Positions 12,813 through 26,221 of a DNA stretch of 64,000 bases are shown here, in pieces. The notes beneath the pieces are model-generated. The model saw only the letters and a list, made by a program, of their open reading frames with translations. It was not told where the DNA came from and searched no databases. The position numbers and the translations under genes were made by a program. The DNA comes from Lingula anatina (lineage: Eukaryota; Animalia; Brachiopoda): contig CM120646.1 of NCBI GenBank assembly GCA_051362555.1, positions 9,114,001-9,178,000 on the forward strand. The letters run 5' to 3'. Numbering within the stretch: position 1 is the first letter of the stretch; each line of letters opens with the position of its first letter.

Positions 12813-15342
12813 CGGAGGCGGTATCGCCTCTCTGATCCTCTAGTTAGGTTGTGGTCTTCAGAAGTGCATTTTAATTAATTAAAATTATTTTTACACTTGA
12901 TTCTTCATATTTGGATTTAATGTCTTATAAATGACAAGTATTTTTTTTAATGTGATTTGTGTCATTTATTTTTTCTTTATACATGTAGCACTGGGAAGTT
13001 TTTTCACAAAAACTTTTTTCTTTGGTGTTTCTCAGCAGTTCCAGTACTATCATGTCTGGCTGCCTGATCTTTGATGTGCCTTCCCAGTTTTTTGTTATTT
13101 ATTTTTCTTTTAGTTTTACTGCTTGTTAACCTCTCATTGGTGGAAACTTTTCAGCCTCTTGCAATGTGCTGTGAAACCTATAGGTTATAAGTTATATAAC
13201 TTTGCCTAGTTTTTCTGAAATAGAGAAACAGCTCATGAACACATGAAGTCTTCATGTCAAAGAGTAAGTTACATGATGTTCTTGACCCCTTCCAGTCACT
13301 TAATTCTTCAGCCCTTTCTGACCTTTTATCTTGTAGTCAAACCTATTTGTTAACTTTTAATTATCAATTTTATCATTTGAGGGATAAAAGCTGTTGTCGA
13401 ATTTCCTATTTCTGTATTACTCTGACAGTCTTATTACAATCTTAATATAGATTGGTTAGGAACTGAACACTTGCATGCATTAATATCATACCAGCTACAT
13501 GCATGTTAGGGTGATATTGATTGAACAAAAGCATGTGAATATCTTCTTTTAAAAAGTTGGTGTATCTTGGCAAATTGACACCATGCTGGGTGGCCCTTCC
13601 CCCTGAGGGCAGTTCCCCTGTCCACCACTTTAGCCTTTAAAAAGTTATTTGTCAAGATTATTCTAACAGTGCATGGCCTTGGCTGTTCAAAATAAAGAGT
13701 AAAATACAAAGATACTCTGCCCTGAGAGATGGGACTCCCATACTGGTGAACCTTGACAGGTTCACACCTCTCTTGGGGTTCCGTCCCCCAAGGGAAGCTC
13801 ACTAATTTAGCTTTTAATAGGTTTTCTTTGAGAATTACTCTTACTGTGGCCTTGGCCGTTCAAAATAAAACATGGAATGTAAAGAAACCCTTGAATACCC
13901 ATCTATCTTTTAGGATGGAATAAAATCTACCATATTTTCATGTCTTTAACTTAAGTTCCACTCAGAGGTGGAGTTTTTGTGCAGGAAAATATCTGGCTGG
14001 AGAGCTGGAAGGTGTACTCTGTGAGGAATTGATAAAGGTGTAAAAATACCTAAACATGTGGAACTTTCATTTTCTTTTTCAGTTTAAAAGCAAGTTATTT
14101 TCATCTTATGTCATCATTTTCTCATTTTGATATAAAAAAAGATTATACTGTTTGTGGCTTTCACTCTATGGTGGAAGCTGTGGGCAGCAGCACCTCTGTC
14201 CTCAGAGAAGGGACACCCAAATTATTGTGTATTGCAAGGTTGACACCATGATGGGTGACCCTGCCCCCTAGGACAGTCCCCTTACCAAACACCTCCAGCT
14301 TTCAGATTATCTGAAAATAAATTTTCCTTCATTATATCAGTATTATCATTTCTTTTTCAGACTGGTTCCTTGCAACACAATAAATGAAATGACTAGAAAG
14401 GTATATAATGATGGGCTTGTGTGGGACATCTTTTCTTCCAGGTATGCCTGTCTCTACAGTCTATTACTCTGCTGTTAGTAAATTTCATATGAAACAATAC
14501 TGTCCCAATCACAGCGATATTTTTTTTTTAAATTTCAGTTTTTATCATAAGACTTTGGAAATAATTTCTCTTTCCTTAACTGTTGCACAACTTGTGTATT
14601 GGGCTGTGTTAAAGGTTGTACAATCTTAAATCTCTGCCTTGTGGAAGGAGGGACTCCTTGGTGTACTTAGTTTTTTTTCACCCATTTTTTTTTTCCTCTG
14701 GTGGTTTTTCTCTGAATTGTTTTCCTGTTACTGACAACAGTGTGAGGTGTTGCCTTTTGAGTGACAGATTTGTGTTCAAAATGATTACAGTTGAAAATGG
14801 AATTGATATGTGCATTTATTAGTTTTTCTGATTATTTTTTTCTCTTTGAATCTTCTTTTATAAAGTTATTTTCTTTTATGTATGAAGCAAGCATGACATC
14901 GATTTAGTTACATTTTTTAACGATTACACTTGTACTGGCCAATTTACATTGTATGGGCCTGGCATGTATGTATTCTTCTCCAAATCGTCCAGTGTGTTAA
15001 AACTTGGACATCTACAACTGTGGTCCCTAATTAACTGCAGCATTATCTTTACAAGTTAAGGTATGTATTAGCTAGTATGTGTATGTGCACGTTTCATGAG
15101 TGCATTAAAGGAGTACATAATAATAATAATGTACAGACATTTCTGTCAGGGCTCTGTATTCAGCGCTGTTAACATCTGGCACACTTTTTGTAATAAAACT
15201 TCCTGCCATGACAGTAACCAAGAGTTGGGTTTGTTTTTGTTTCAGTAAAAGCAGAGAATGACATAAAGTGGTCATTTCTTTTTTAGTTGAGTGATGTAGA
15301 GGTTTTAAATTAAAACCCCATGAAGGAAATTTTCTACTTTAA

Positions 15343-16503
15343 GGGACAGTTCATAAAAATAAAAACATTATTTGAAAGTCACATATGGATATAGTTATAA
15401 ATGAAAAAAAAAAGTTTGGATGAAAGTCAAAGTTTTTGAAATATAATCAAAATCCATTTATGGTGTACAGGCCAAATTATTAGGCCCATATTCGAGGATA
15501 TATTATTTAGTCATTCCAACAACTCTATCACAGAATTCACTGGCAAGGATTCATACAGACACATAAGAACAATTGGCTTTCAAGGACCTTTAAGGCTCTA
15601 ATTCAAGTATTTTTCAGGGGTTTTTAGGTAATAGCCCAGGCAAGTTATACACTAATACATGTACTGTACAGTTATTCTAAAGTGTACATGCCAAAGGAAA
15701 AAATTATTTCTATTCAAGCCTAGAAGAAATTAATAGAGTTTTCAATAGAATATCTCTAAAAAAATTTCTAACTACATTTATTGCATGCTCACACACATAC
15801 ACACTGAAATTAATAATAATAAATTGCAATATTTGTAATAGGTAAACTTAAACAGCACCATTTACAATCAATCTTTACCTTAAACTGCACTATTTATACT
15901 TAATTCATGACAGTATTGATAAACAAAGTTTATCTGGAATTGAATTTTGGGCAAAGTTGCACACCCATCATTCAATTAAAAACCCAATTTGAATCAAGGC
16001 CTGAAAATGTTAGAAAACACATGCAAGTCAGGGCACCACAAATTGTGGTGTACCCACTATCATGCCCTAATCATTGAAGGTTCTGTTTCATTTAATGTAC
16101 AATTATTATAAATTTTAAAAGATGAGTTTTACAGATGATCTTCATCTTCCCATTATATAGTAATTACATTTACTTGATCTTTTCCATATGAAAGTTGTGA
16201 TTTTTACAAATATTGTATTCAGTATTTTCCAAGTCATAATTTTAAAAAATCAGATCATTCCTATGGGATGGTACAATCAAAATTATAAACATATACTTTT
16301 ATATAGTTATATTCTATGCAGTAAAAGCACCACAAATGCTATAAAGAATAAGTATTGTACTTATGAAATGATGTATCTGAATGTTTGATAATTTTTGCCC
16401 ATCAAAAAGATTGAGTGTTTACTATATGTTCTTTATTTTTGTGAAACAACTGTAATTTCCTTTTAAAGGCCGGCACAAATTAACTTAGAAGTGATGCATT
16501 TGC

Positions 16504-16540
<37 letters not shown>

Positions 16541-16906
16541 TGAGAGAGAGAGAGAGAGAGATGAATCATATGTAAACAGCGACTAAAGGAGAGAAAGAGA
16601 AAGAGAGAGAGAAATTAATCATATGTAAGAAACGACTGATTCATGAAGGACCTCGATCCACAGAATAAGGACCTGTAGATTAATTTCTGGTACATGAAGT
16701 GCAGGTCCTCTGGACCTTCAGCACCTTCAAAGTTTTCCCCATGTTTAAATTTGCAATACACAAATGGAAAATAAAGGTATGATAACAAAACACCGATGCT
16801 AGCTGCCATATCCTCAAGAGCATTAAGATTGGTTCACCCTAACCAGACTAAAAACCAAAGTTTTGCTTGCAAAAACAATTCCGTAATGGTCAAAACCAAC
16901 AGTCCC
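15343..16906. mobile_element. Possible non-autonomous Kolobok-like element
   Basis: TTAA|GGGACAGTT...AACAGTCCC|TTAA. The TIR is only 9 bp with one mismatch and there is no second copy in the window. Confidence 0.4.
16506..16561. repeat. Compound (GT)n-(GA)n microsatellite
   Basis: Directly visible. Confidence 0.95.
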
Positions 16907-17535
16907 TTAAATGATTATTTGCCTATCACTTACTGACAAGACATACAAACACAAATATATTATCCATCTGTGTTATATTGCCATTTTTATGACACTATTC
17001 CACCCAAAATGCCAAACCAATGGCGCAATAAAACTTATTTTGGGTTAATGTTTTTTTTTCTCAAAATTGATACAATACATTTGCACACACCCCCACACCC
17101 CGCAGGCAAAAAGTAAACATGTTTAAAGCCAAATTTAAGATTCGTATATTTTAAAACATGCCTATGGTTAGTTTACAATGTTGTACCTTTCACAACTTCT
17201 ACATGTAGTACCAATTTTGCTACTCGCCAGTAACTAAGAGAACATTCTGTGAAATCGATGCACGGATATTCCTTTGGTGTATAAAATGTTACATAATTAT
17301 ATACTATATCGTCTCGTTAAGTTTATTAGTATAAAACTCGAAAGGCCATTGTATAACACCTCTACATCTTAGCGGTCTCTAACATTAATATGTGTAGTCA
17401 TACATGTAATGTATTTTTTACCAAGATATTCAGTCTAATGAGCCTGGAAAATGTGGATTTCTTTTCAGATAAAAAGTCATTTCTTCATACTTGTGAACTC
17501 CTGAATGTTTAATCTTGCATATAAGTCCAATTTAA

Positions 17536-18210
17536 AGTCATAATAACTCTTCGTTTTGGCCAAAAATTGAATTTTCCTGGCTTAAACAGCAATTTTCCCG
17601 TTCTACCAATGGTCAACGACCCCATTCCTGTATTCAAAGTTAGTCCAGGGTTTTTTTCCTAAATGCTTGGTTTTTTGTTAAAATCTCTTAAGAGATTTTA
17701 ACTGACGGAGCCCTCTCTGACATTGCATAAGTCACGTGATATCGAGCGGGGTTTTCTGATGACCTACTTTAAACCGCGGGAAAAGCAGACAACAACAACA
17801 CTTTATTACAATAAAATAAGATTCATACGATATAATCGTCTTACTGCTCAGAATGCATTTATATCTACAACGTGTGCAGTTCTGGGCTTTTCATTATCCG
17901 ACACACTGTACAAAAACTCGCAACTTACGTTTGAGGATTGTGTCATGCGCCTGCTATATCTTATCCCGCCACATGTTATTTTGGTCTCGAATGCACGCGA
18001 GAATCCGCGTGATGCGCCAACATCCTTGGCAACGGATGCCTTGACGACCGGGAAGAAAGGCACCGAAAGCCCTATTGACAAGCACAGTTTTTAGTTTTAC
18101 TACAATAACAGCCGTTTTAGTGGTGAAATGCAATATAATATATTTCCATGTGTTGTTTAGAATGTATTACTTGCGGAATTTTGAATCTCAAAGGAAGAGT
18201 TATTATTGCT
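17536..18210. mobile_element. Kolobok-type MITE, copy A (675 bp)
   Basis: TTAA TSDs. TIRs AGTCATAATAACTCTTC / GAAGAGTTATTATTGCT with RR..YY termini. Second copy at 54460-55088. Confidence 0.9.
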
Positions 18211-21056
18211 TTAACATGGTTCGATCAGGGCTTTTCCCAGGGTTTGGGGTGCAGGGTCCACTTATTGTAAATCTGAAATTTGATAACAGATACACATGAA
18301 GTTTAACCAAGTCTTTAAAAAATACTGTGAGCTGGAGGTGGGGGGTAGGGGGGGGGCACAGTGTTATATTATCTTATTAAAATATTCAAAATTTTTAATG
18401 TTTGAATAAATTTCATTAAAAATGGAAGAATATTCATTGTATTATAGTTTACTTGTATAAATGTCACAAATTTTAAAGTTTTTAAATTGATATTGCTTTC
18501 TTCAATTTGCTTTCTTTAGGGGTAACATGTGTTTGATTTTTTTAACATACAGTATGAATTAAATAAAATCAGTCATTAAAAAAATTCCCCCTTTTTATTT
18601 AAATTCTCATATTTTTATTACATCAATACCACACTGGTATATGATAGCATTGCTTATTTATCAAATTCCAGCACTAAGTTTTGAACTGTAAATAACACAG
18701 GTGGTGCTAGAGTTATAAAATAAAACAAATAAAACAAAATTTTAGGCTATGCAAATAAACAACATTTCAACAAGATCTTCAGTCCCAAAGTTTGAATTTC
18801 CAACTTCATATGGTTGTGAGGAGATAGCGTGCAACACATTTGATTGACAGGCAGTATGCCTTGACAACAAACTAGATACATCCAGTCCAATCTGGCTGTT
18901 GTACCCAGTACTTGTGTAGTTTCTGTTTAAGGAATGGTCTTTGTTACTAGAGCACTTAAATTTTTAAGCAAATAAATATTCAGTATTCAGCCTGTTATGT
19001 GGATAAATTTTGTTTTGTGAAGTTCTGGAAGGTGTTCACTTCCATAATTTGGTAGTAAGTTTGCTTAGACTTCGTTTTAGGACCACATGTTTTGTACCAA
19101 ATGTAGGCCACTCTTTTCAATGCAATCCAGGAAGAGACAAAAAGACATTAGCATGCAACAAAAATTTCTTTTTCAAGATTTTTGTTCTTAAGTTCTAATA
19201 AAACATAACCTGTTCGTCGGACAGCCCACCCTGCAAATTCAATAGTCCGAACTGAATTTTTACTTGTGGAGCCCTGCTTTGGTGTCATCATACACTTTAT
19301 TTGACTGTCTGATACCTTCCTGTGTTCTTTTCTTACGTGCTGGGACATCACATACATTATTAGCACCAAAATACTTACAGAGGGTAGACTGCGACAGGGG
19401 TAATCCTGACTGCGATTTAGGCGCAATCTTGTATAATCCACGTGCGTCGTGACGTCATTCTATTAATTTTTTATGAGAAAGACATCCTACAATTATAATT
19501 ACAGATTATAGAAGAAGCAAAACTTAAACTGTGTAATTAGACGAGATTGTGTGAATTTGAATGACCACACATCGTTCGTCACTTGTCTCAGAAACAAGCA
19601 TATAAATGCTGCGTTTGATACTTCGTATCAGATGTTTCATAACACGGGTCTTTGCATTAGGCATGCAGGGAACACATTGAATAACCATGTACTTTCGGTT
19701 TTCGTTCATTTTTTGAAAGTGTCGATTTCTTGAAGGGCTAGCCTCATTGTTTTCGTTTTATTTCAGCCAAATCTGCTTAATATGAACGTGCATATTGACA
19801 CACAATTATTTTAGAGGCCAGAAAATGGCCAGACCGACGGACTGGCAACTTTTGGAAAGTGACCGCCCGGGTGACAATTGAGCCGTCCTTATTTCCTACC
19901 CTGAGTCCTTATTTCCTACCCTGCCTTAGGGTTGAAAAAAAAAGTGTTGATCGCTATTGATATTTAGCAACAGTTGCCATGGAAATAATGGATGAATTAT
20001 AGAAAATAATATCTTGTCAGATTTTTCTTGGCATACTGTAACTTTCCAGAAAATTTCAAATGGATATTTTACTCTATTCAAAAGTTATGCCAATTTTGCT
20101 TTATTTATTGGGCAATGAGGTGGCACTTTTGGCTTCCACTGTTACATATATGCTTGGATACCAGGCTTTTTCAAAATTTTGTGGGCGACTAGCATTCTTT
20201 TAAATTTAATAACTTTTGATTGGCTTGCTTGATTTCCAAAAAATAAAATGTTTTGGAAAGCTCATGAATTTTTCTATCACATAAGACCCTTTTGGCTGAT
20301 ATTTATCTTACTATCAAAGTTGACCTGACCTCTCTGGTGGAATGAAGCAAGGCAAGATCTAGATCATCAATATGCCCTACAAATAACTGTTAAAGGGATA
20401 ACAACTGGTTGTTTTGGCAAAGAAAGTATATACCTGGGGAAAACAATGATTTCCCCAGAATCCCATACCCATACTAACAAATGTTTAATTAATCCATTCC
20501 AACATTCAAAGCTAGTCCATTTTTTTTCTAAAAAGTTTTTTTCTGGTAATAATCTGTAAAGTGATTCTTACGGAGGCATAAACAGCCACCTGGTTTGTTG
20601 GCAAGCATTGTAAAGTCTGCTACTGAAGAAAATGTGGTGCTTCATTACATATGTTCATATTATTTCAAGGTTGAATAAAATTTTATATATAAATGCCAAA
20701 ATAAGATGTTGTAATGATCTACATACTGTATGTTCTTGCAGAGTTTTGGAGAATGGATGAAAGTGAACATGTTGGCTTTAAATGATAGTATGACTTAGTT
20801 GATATGGTTTACATCAATGTTCAAGGCAAATAGGAAAAATGCAGCAAATGCCAACATTGCATAGGAGATGTTCTTATAAAACCATCTAGTTCTGTAAAAG
20901 AATGCCAAAATATGATGTTGTAATGATCTGCACATTGCTTTATGAAATAGTTTTTTTTTTTGATGTGATTTTCTTCTTTTACTTTCAGGGACTCCCGGCT
21001 ACTGAATTTCCAGGAAATAGGATATATGCTCCATGAAAGATCTAGGGTTCAGATCC

Positions 21057-23325
21057 AGACTGCCATGATGCTGTCAGACTTGGTTGTCCAGCCATGTAGC
21101 TGGCAGATTGGGTTGTCCTGCTATTCTGATGTCAGTCTCCATTGTCCTGACATGTTCTGGCAGTCTCGGTTGTCCAGTCATGACGCTGGCAGACTTGGTT
21201 GTCCTGTCAGAGTTCTCGCAGATTCGACTGTCCTGTCATTCTGATGGCAGTCTCGGCTGTCCTGCCATGAAACTGGCAGTCTACGTGGTCCTGCCATGTT
21301 CTGGCAGTCTCGGTTGTCCTGCCATGCTCTGGCAGTCTCAGTTGTCTTGCCATGTAGCTGGCAGACATTGGTTGTCCTGCCAGAGTTCTCGCAGATTCGG
21401 CTGTCCTGTCATTCTGATGGCAGGTTCGGCTGTCCTGCCATGAAACTGGCAGTCTACGTGGTCCTGCCATGCTCTTGCAGTCTCAGTTGTCTTGCCATGT
21501 AGCTGGCAGACATTGGTTGTCCTGCCAGAGTTCTCGCAGATTCGGCTGTCCTGTCATTCTGATGGCAGGTTCGGCTGTCCTGCCATGAAACTGGCAGTCT
21601 ACGTGGTCCTGCCATGTAGCTGGCAGACATTGGTTGTCCTGCCAGCGTTTTCGCAGATTCAGCTGTCCTGTCATTCTGATGGCAGGTTCGGCTGTCCTGC
21701 CATGAAACTGGCAGTCTATGTGGTCCTGCCATGTTCTGGCAGTCTCGGTTGTCCTGCCATGCTCTTGCAGTCTCAGTTGTCCTGCCATGTAGCTGGCAGA
21801 CATTGGTTGTCCTGCCAGAGTTCTCGCAGATTCGGCTGTCCTGTCATTCTGATGGCAGGTTCGGCTGTCCTGCCATGAAACTGGCAGTCTACGTGGTCCT
21901 GCCATGTTCTGGCAGTCTCGGTTGTCCTGCCATGCTCTTGCAGTCTCAGTTGTCTTGCCATGTAGCTGGCAGACATTGGTTGTCCTGCCAGAGTTCTCGC
22001 AGATTCGGCTGTCCTGTCATTCTGATGGCAGGTTCGGCTGTCCTGCCATGAAACTGGCAGTCGACGTGGTCCTGCCATGTTCTGGCAGTCTCGGTTGTCC
22101 TGCCATGTTCTGGCAGTCTCAGTTGTCTTGCCATGTAGCTGGCAGACATTGGTTGTCCTGCCAGAGTTCTCGCAGATTCGGCTGTCCTGTCATTCTGATG
22201 GCAGGTTCGGCTGTCCTGCCATGAAACTGGCAGTCTACGTGGTCCTGCCATGTTCTGGCAGTCTCGGTTGTCCTGCCATGTTCTGGCAGTCTCAGTTGTC
22301 TTGCCATGTAGCTGGCAGACATTGGTTGTCCTGCCAGAGTTCTCTCAGATTTGGCTGTCCTGTCATTCTGATGGCAGGTTCGGCTGTCCTGCCATGAAAC
22401 TGGCAGTCTACGTGGTCCTGCCATGTTCTGGCAGTCTCGGTTGTCCTGCCATGTTCTGGCAGTCTCGATTGTCCTGCCATCATTTTGGCAGACTTGGCTC
22501 TCCTTCCAAAAAGCTGCAGTGTTGGTTGCCTTTCCATTTTCTGGCAGTTTCAATTGTCTTCCCGTGCTTTGACAGACTTGATTGACCTGTCAAGGTGCTG
22601 GCAGAATTGGTTGTCCATTCATGATGCTGGTAAGCTTGTTTGTTCTGCCATGATACTGGCAGTCTCAGTTGTCCTGCCATGTTATTGGCAGTTAAGGTCA
22701 TCCTGCCATGATGCTGGCAGTCCTGGTTGTCCCTTCATGACATTGGAAGTTATGGTAGTCTTGCCATGACATTGGCAGTCATTGTCTTCCTGCCATGACA
22801 TTGGCAGTCCCGGTTGTCCTGCCATGACAGTGGCAGTCTCGGTTGTCCTGCCATGACATTGGCAGTCTCGGTTGTCCTGCCATGACATTGGCAGTCTCGG
22901 TTGTCCTGCCATGACATTGGCAGTCCCGGTTGTCCTGCCATGACATTGGCAGTCTCGGTTGTCCTGCCATGACAATGGCAGTCCCGATTGTCCTGCCATG
23001 ACATTGGCAGTCTCAGTTGTCCTGCCATGACATTGGCAGTCTCGGTTGTCCTGCCATGACATTGGCAGTCTAGGTCGTCCTGCCATGACATTGGCAGTCC
23101 CGGTCGTCCTGCCATGACATTGGCAGTCCCAGTCGTCCTGCCATGACATTGGCAGTCTCGGTCGTCCTGCCATGTTCTGGCAGTCTCGGTGGTCCTGCCA
23201 TGTTCTGGCAGTCTCGGTGGTCCTGCCATGATGCTGGCAGTCTCGGTGGTCCTGCCATGTTCTGGCAGTCTTGATGGTCCTGCCATGTTCTGGCAGTCTC
23301 GGCTGTCCTGCAATGATGATGGCAG
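21057..23325. repeat. 28-30-bp minisatellite with a 173-bp six-monomer higher-order repeat and a homogeneous 29-bp sub-array
   Basis: Monomer GGCAGTCTCGGTTGTCCTGCCATGACATT. 173-bp period at 21731/21904/22077/22250. Pure 29-mer run at about 22790-23170. Confidence 0.95.
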
Positions 23326-23495
23326 TATTTGTGGTACTCCTATGAAACCGTTACAAGTTTATGTTACATGCAAGAGCAACCAGTCTGCAACAATCGCTAT
23401 TATGGAGGATTGTCTTGCAGAGTTTTTGAGTAATGGATGAAAGTGAACATGTTGGCTTTAAATGATACTAAGGTCGAGTTGATATGGTTTACATC

Positions 23496-23852
23496 TACCC
23501 TCGCCCAGGGCCCAGAAGGCTTTGTACTTGCTTTGCAGGACCTCAATGAGAGCTGGGCTTTTCGCCAATATAATTAACACTTGTTATGCAACCTGCCTTG
23601 TCTTGTCTGTCTGTTAAAGGGCTGTTTTATTGTCACAGATGAGCAATTCACTATCTTGATTACTGTCAAGGGGACTTTGCAGGGACTTACTAAGTGACTG
23701 TGCCCGAGTAGTTATGCAAACATTTACAAGCCATGTAATCATCCTTGAGATTTCAGTACAGGGTGACATCAGACCAAAATGATTGTCTACTTATCTAGAG
23801 ACGTATCTGTAAATATCTGTGGAAAATCAATCTGTTGTCCTGGTAGAGGGTA
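23496..23852. mobile_element. 357-bp non-autonomous DNA transposon with 9-bp TSD (AcademH-like; MULE possible)
   Basis: TIRs TACCCTCGCCCAGG / CCTGGTAGAGGGTA. Perfect TSD GTTTACATC (23487-23495 / 23853-23861). Empty site in the duplicate near 20810. Confidence 0.85.
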
Positions 23853-24277
23853 GTTTACATCAAGGTTCAAAGCAAATAGGAAAAATGCAGCAAATGCCAA
23901 CATTTGCATAGATGTTCTTATAAAACCATCTAGTTCTGTAAAAGATCTGGTAGTTACCTTCAATGAAAATGGCACTGTGTGGGGAAGCATGTATCTGAAG
24001 TGTGTAAATCAGCATCTTATGCACATTGGAAAAGTAAGAAAAGTGTTAAATAACATAACCACTGAGAAATTAGTAAATACATTTTAAAAAATCATCAAGA
24101 TAAGATTACTGCAAGTCTCCTCTTTGGTACATGTGACTATCAAATTTAAAAAAATTAATTACAAGTTATTCAAAACTCTTCTGCAAAACTGGTTTGTCAA
24201 ATAAAGTGCAATAGTGCACATCATATAACTCCCATTCTGAAAGGATTACAATGGCTGCCATTGAAGCCATCCAGCTA

Positions 24278-24410
24278 GCAGTCTCAGTTGTCCCGCTATG
24301 TTCTGGAAGTTTCAGTTGTCCTGCCATGATGCTGGCAGTCACACTTGTCTTGCCATGTTTTGGCAGTCTCGGTTGTCCTGCCATGCTGCTTGCAGTCTTG
24401 GTTATCCTGT
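24278..24410. repeat. Short degenerate array of the same 28-29-bp minisatellite
   Basis: About 4.5 GCAGTCTCRGTTGTCCTGCCATG-type monomers. Confidence 0.85.
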
Positions 24411-26221
24411 GATGCTCAAATTAGAAAACCAGTTCTATAGGATTATCTTTTTTTCATTAAATTTATAATATTTTTGAAATATTTTCATTTTTCTTATTCT
24501 GGCATTTTCAAAGTGTTCTTGAACTCTCAATAGCCTGAACCTTTTGGTTTTTTTTACATTTTTTAAAATCAGTTTTATCTGTTGTGCATTTTTCAGGGAG
24601 TGGTTACAAGGCAGCAAGAGAACTGGTATAGACCTGTCATCCAGGATTAATTAGTGATTCATGTCATCCAGTGATTCATGTCTAGATGTCTTACCAGTAC
24701 ACCTGTGGCAGAGTACCCCAGAATGGACCTTTTTCTGACAAAAAGGGCAGTTCTTTCGAACCCCGAACCCCCCTGGCTACAGGCCTGCTACCTGACAGCA
24801 GCAGCCAGCAAACAAAGCCACATGTTATCCTTTCCACCTTACTTAACTGCAGGCAATCCGTCAATAGAGAGTGCAGTGAACAAATTACAAATGGTTTAAA
24901 ATTAACATCTAATATGTAGTATGCATTTTCAACTGAGAACAAAATTATTAAAGGTATTTCTTCATCTGAATCATAAATGATACCAGACAGTACCAGAATC
25001 GATATACTGTTTATACTATACTGTTAATATTCCTGTTTATATTCCTCCAATGAAATGTAGATTATGTATTTGTAAAAAACACATGAACTTATTAGCTCTT
25101 GGTAGTTTTCATGCAGCCTGGTTTTGGTTGAAATAAAAATTTTCCTCAAGTACTCTTAAATATGAATCTGCATTTAAGTGTGAAACTGAGTGATCCTGAT
25201 GACCACAGTGTACAGCTCTTCATATCTTTTGTGATCTTATGTGGGCAGTTTACCTCTATGACATATACTAGTATATATATATATGAACAGTTCACTTAAT
25301 AATGTGATGTTCATATAGACCAATATATATGTTGATCATAAAGTTTGTTTATTGTTTACATTGCATAATTTAGTCTTTTACAAAGCCTTTTTCTGTTTTT
25401 TTTTCACTTGCAGTAATGAATAAACTTAGAATAGTTATCATTGAAAAGAACATATTGATGGTTTTTTTTCTTTGTCATTTCCTGGGTAAAGTATGAAATG
25501 GCAATGTGCACTATTTAACACACATTGGTATTGTAGTGAAGATGTAGATGGCATCCTATTCAAATTGATTATTTTTTATACCACTTGGGTACAGTCTTCT
25601 GTTAAGCATTTTTGTAATTCGAGTGTTTAGAAATACTTCTGTGGATTTTTAGTTTATTTCTCTTGAACAATCTCCAAACAGTGAAGGGAAACGTGGAAGG
25701 AAGCAATTATTGCAAGTAATTTTTTTTGTTTGTTTGAAATGAAATGCATTTTAAGTATAGCCCGGGAGCCACTGGCTCATATGATGGTTATTTAGGAAAA
25801 TATTAGATTTGGCCTCGTTTTCAAAAAGGGAGCAGATAGCTCTAAGAAAAAATGGTGGGAGAAGAAGGCATTGAGACAGGTAAGATGTACATATGTTTAT
25901 ACAATGACCAGTTGATTTATATACTAATAAATTCAAAAAGACGATACAGCATATGCTTCAGTTACATTTTATACCCCAAAGGAATATTTGTGCATCGATT
26001 TCACTGAGTATTTTCTGAACTTACATTCGTCTTCCAAAATGGCCGCACACAAAGCGGCATTGTAACTGTGTTTTGTGAATTGTGCCAAATGTAGATGGAC
26101 TTTTTCCTTTGTCTGTTCAGGTTTTTCCATAGTTTGACAGTCATTTTTGGACATATAAAATTTTTGAGCATTGACCAAACCGGTAACTTGGTGGTTTTCG
26201 ATATTTCCAATGAGGTTTATA

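Larger units (their letters stand above)
9827..12845 (+). mobile_element. Non-autonomous Helentron/HINE with central satellite array, copy 2 (interrupted by a solo LTR)
   Basis: Near-identical to 7010-9320 with the same termini but different flanks. Confidence 0.9.

Noticed and set aside
18226-19923. hAT element bounded by CAGGG termini with a BED-finger-like remnant (IQCVPCMPNAKT..MKHL, 19524-19709 minus)
   Set aside because: Ends match only over CAGGG, there is no 8-bp TSD and the peptide similarity is too weak. A hAT remnant is possible but unsupported.
21057-23325. CRISPR-like array of 28-29-bp hairpin repeats
   Set aside because: Monomers are contiguous with no unique spacers, there are no cas genes, and the context is eukaryotic. 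It is a minisatellite.
21026-23440. Many overlapping 60-187 aa ORFs on both strands
   Set aside because: Products of periods not divisible by 3 (28, 29, 173 bp) cycling through frames. No single sustained frame.
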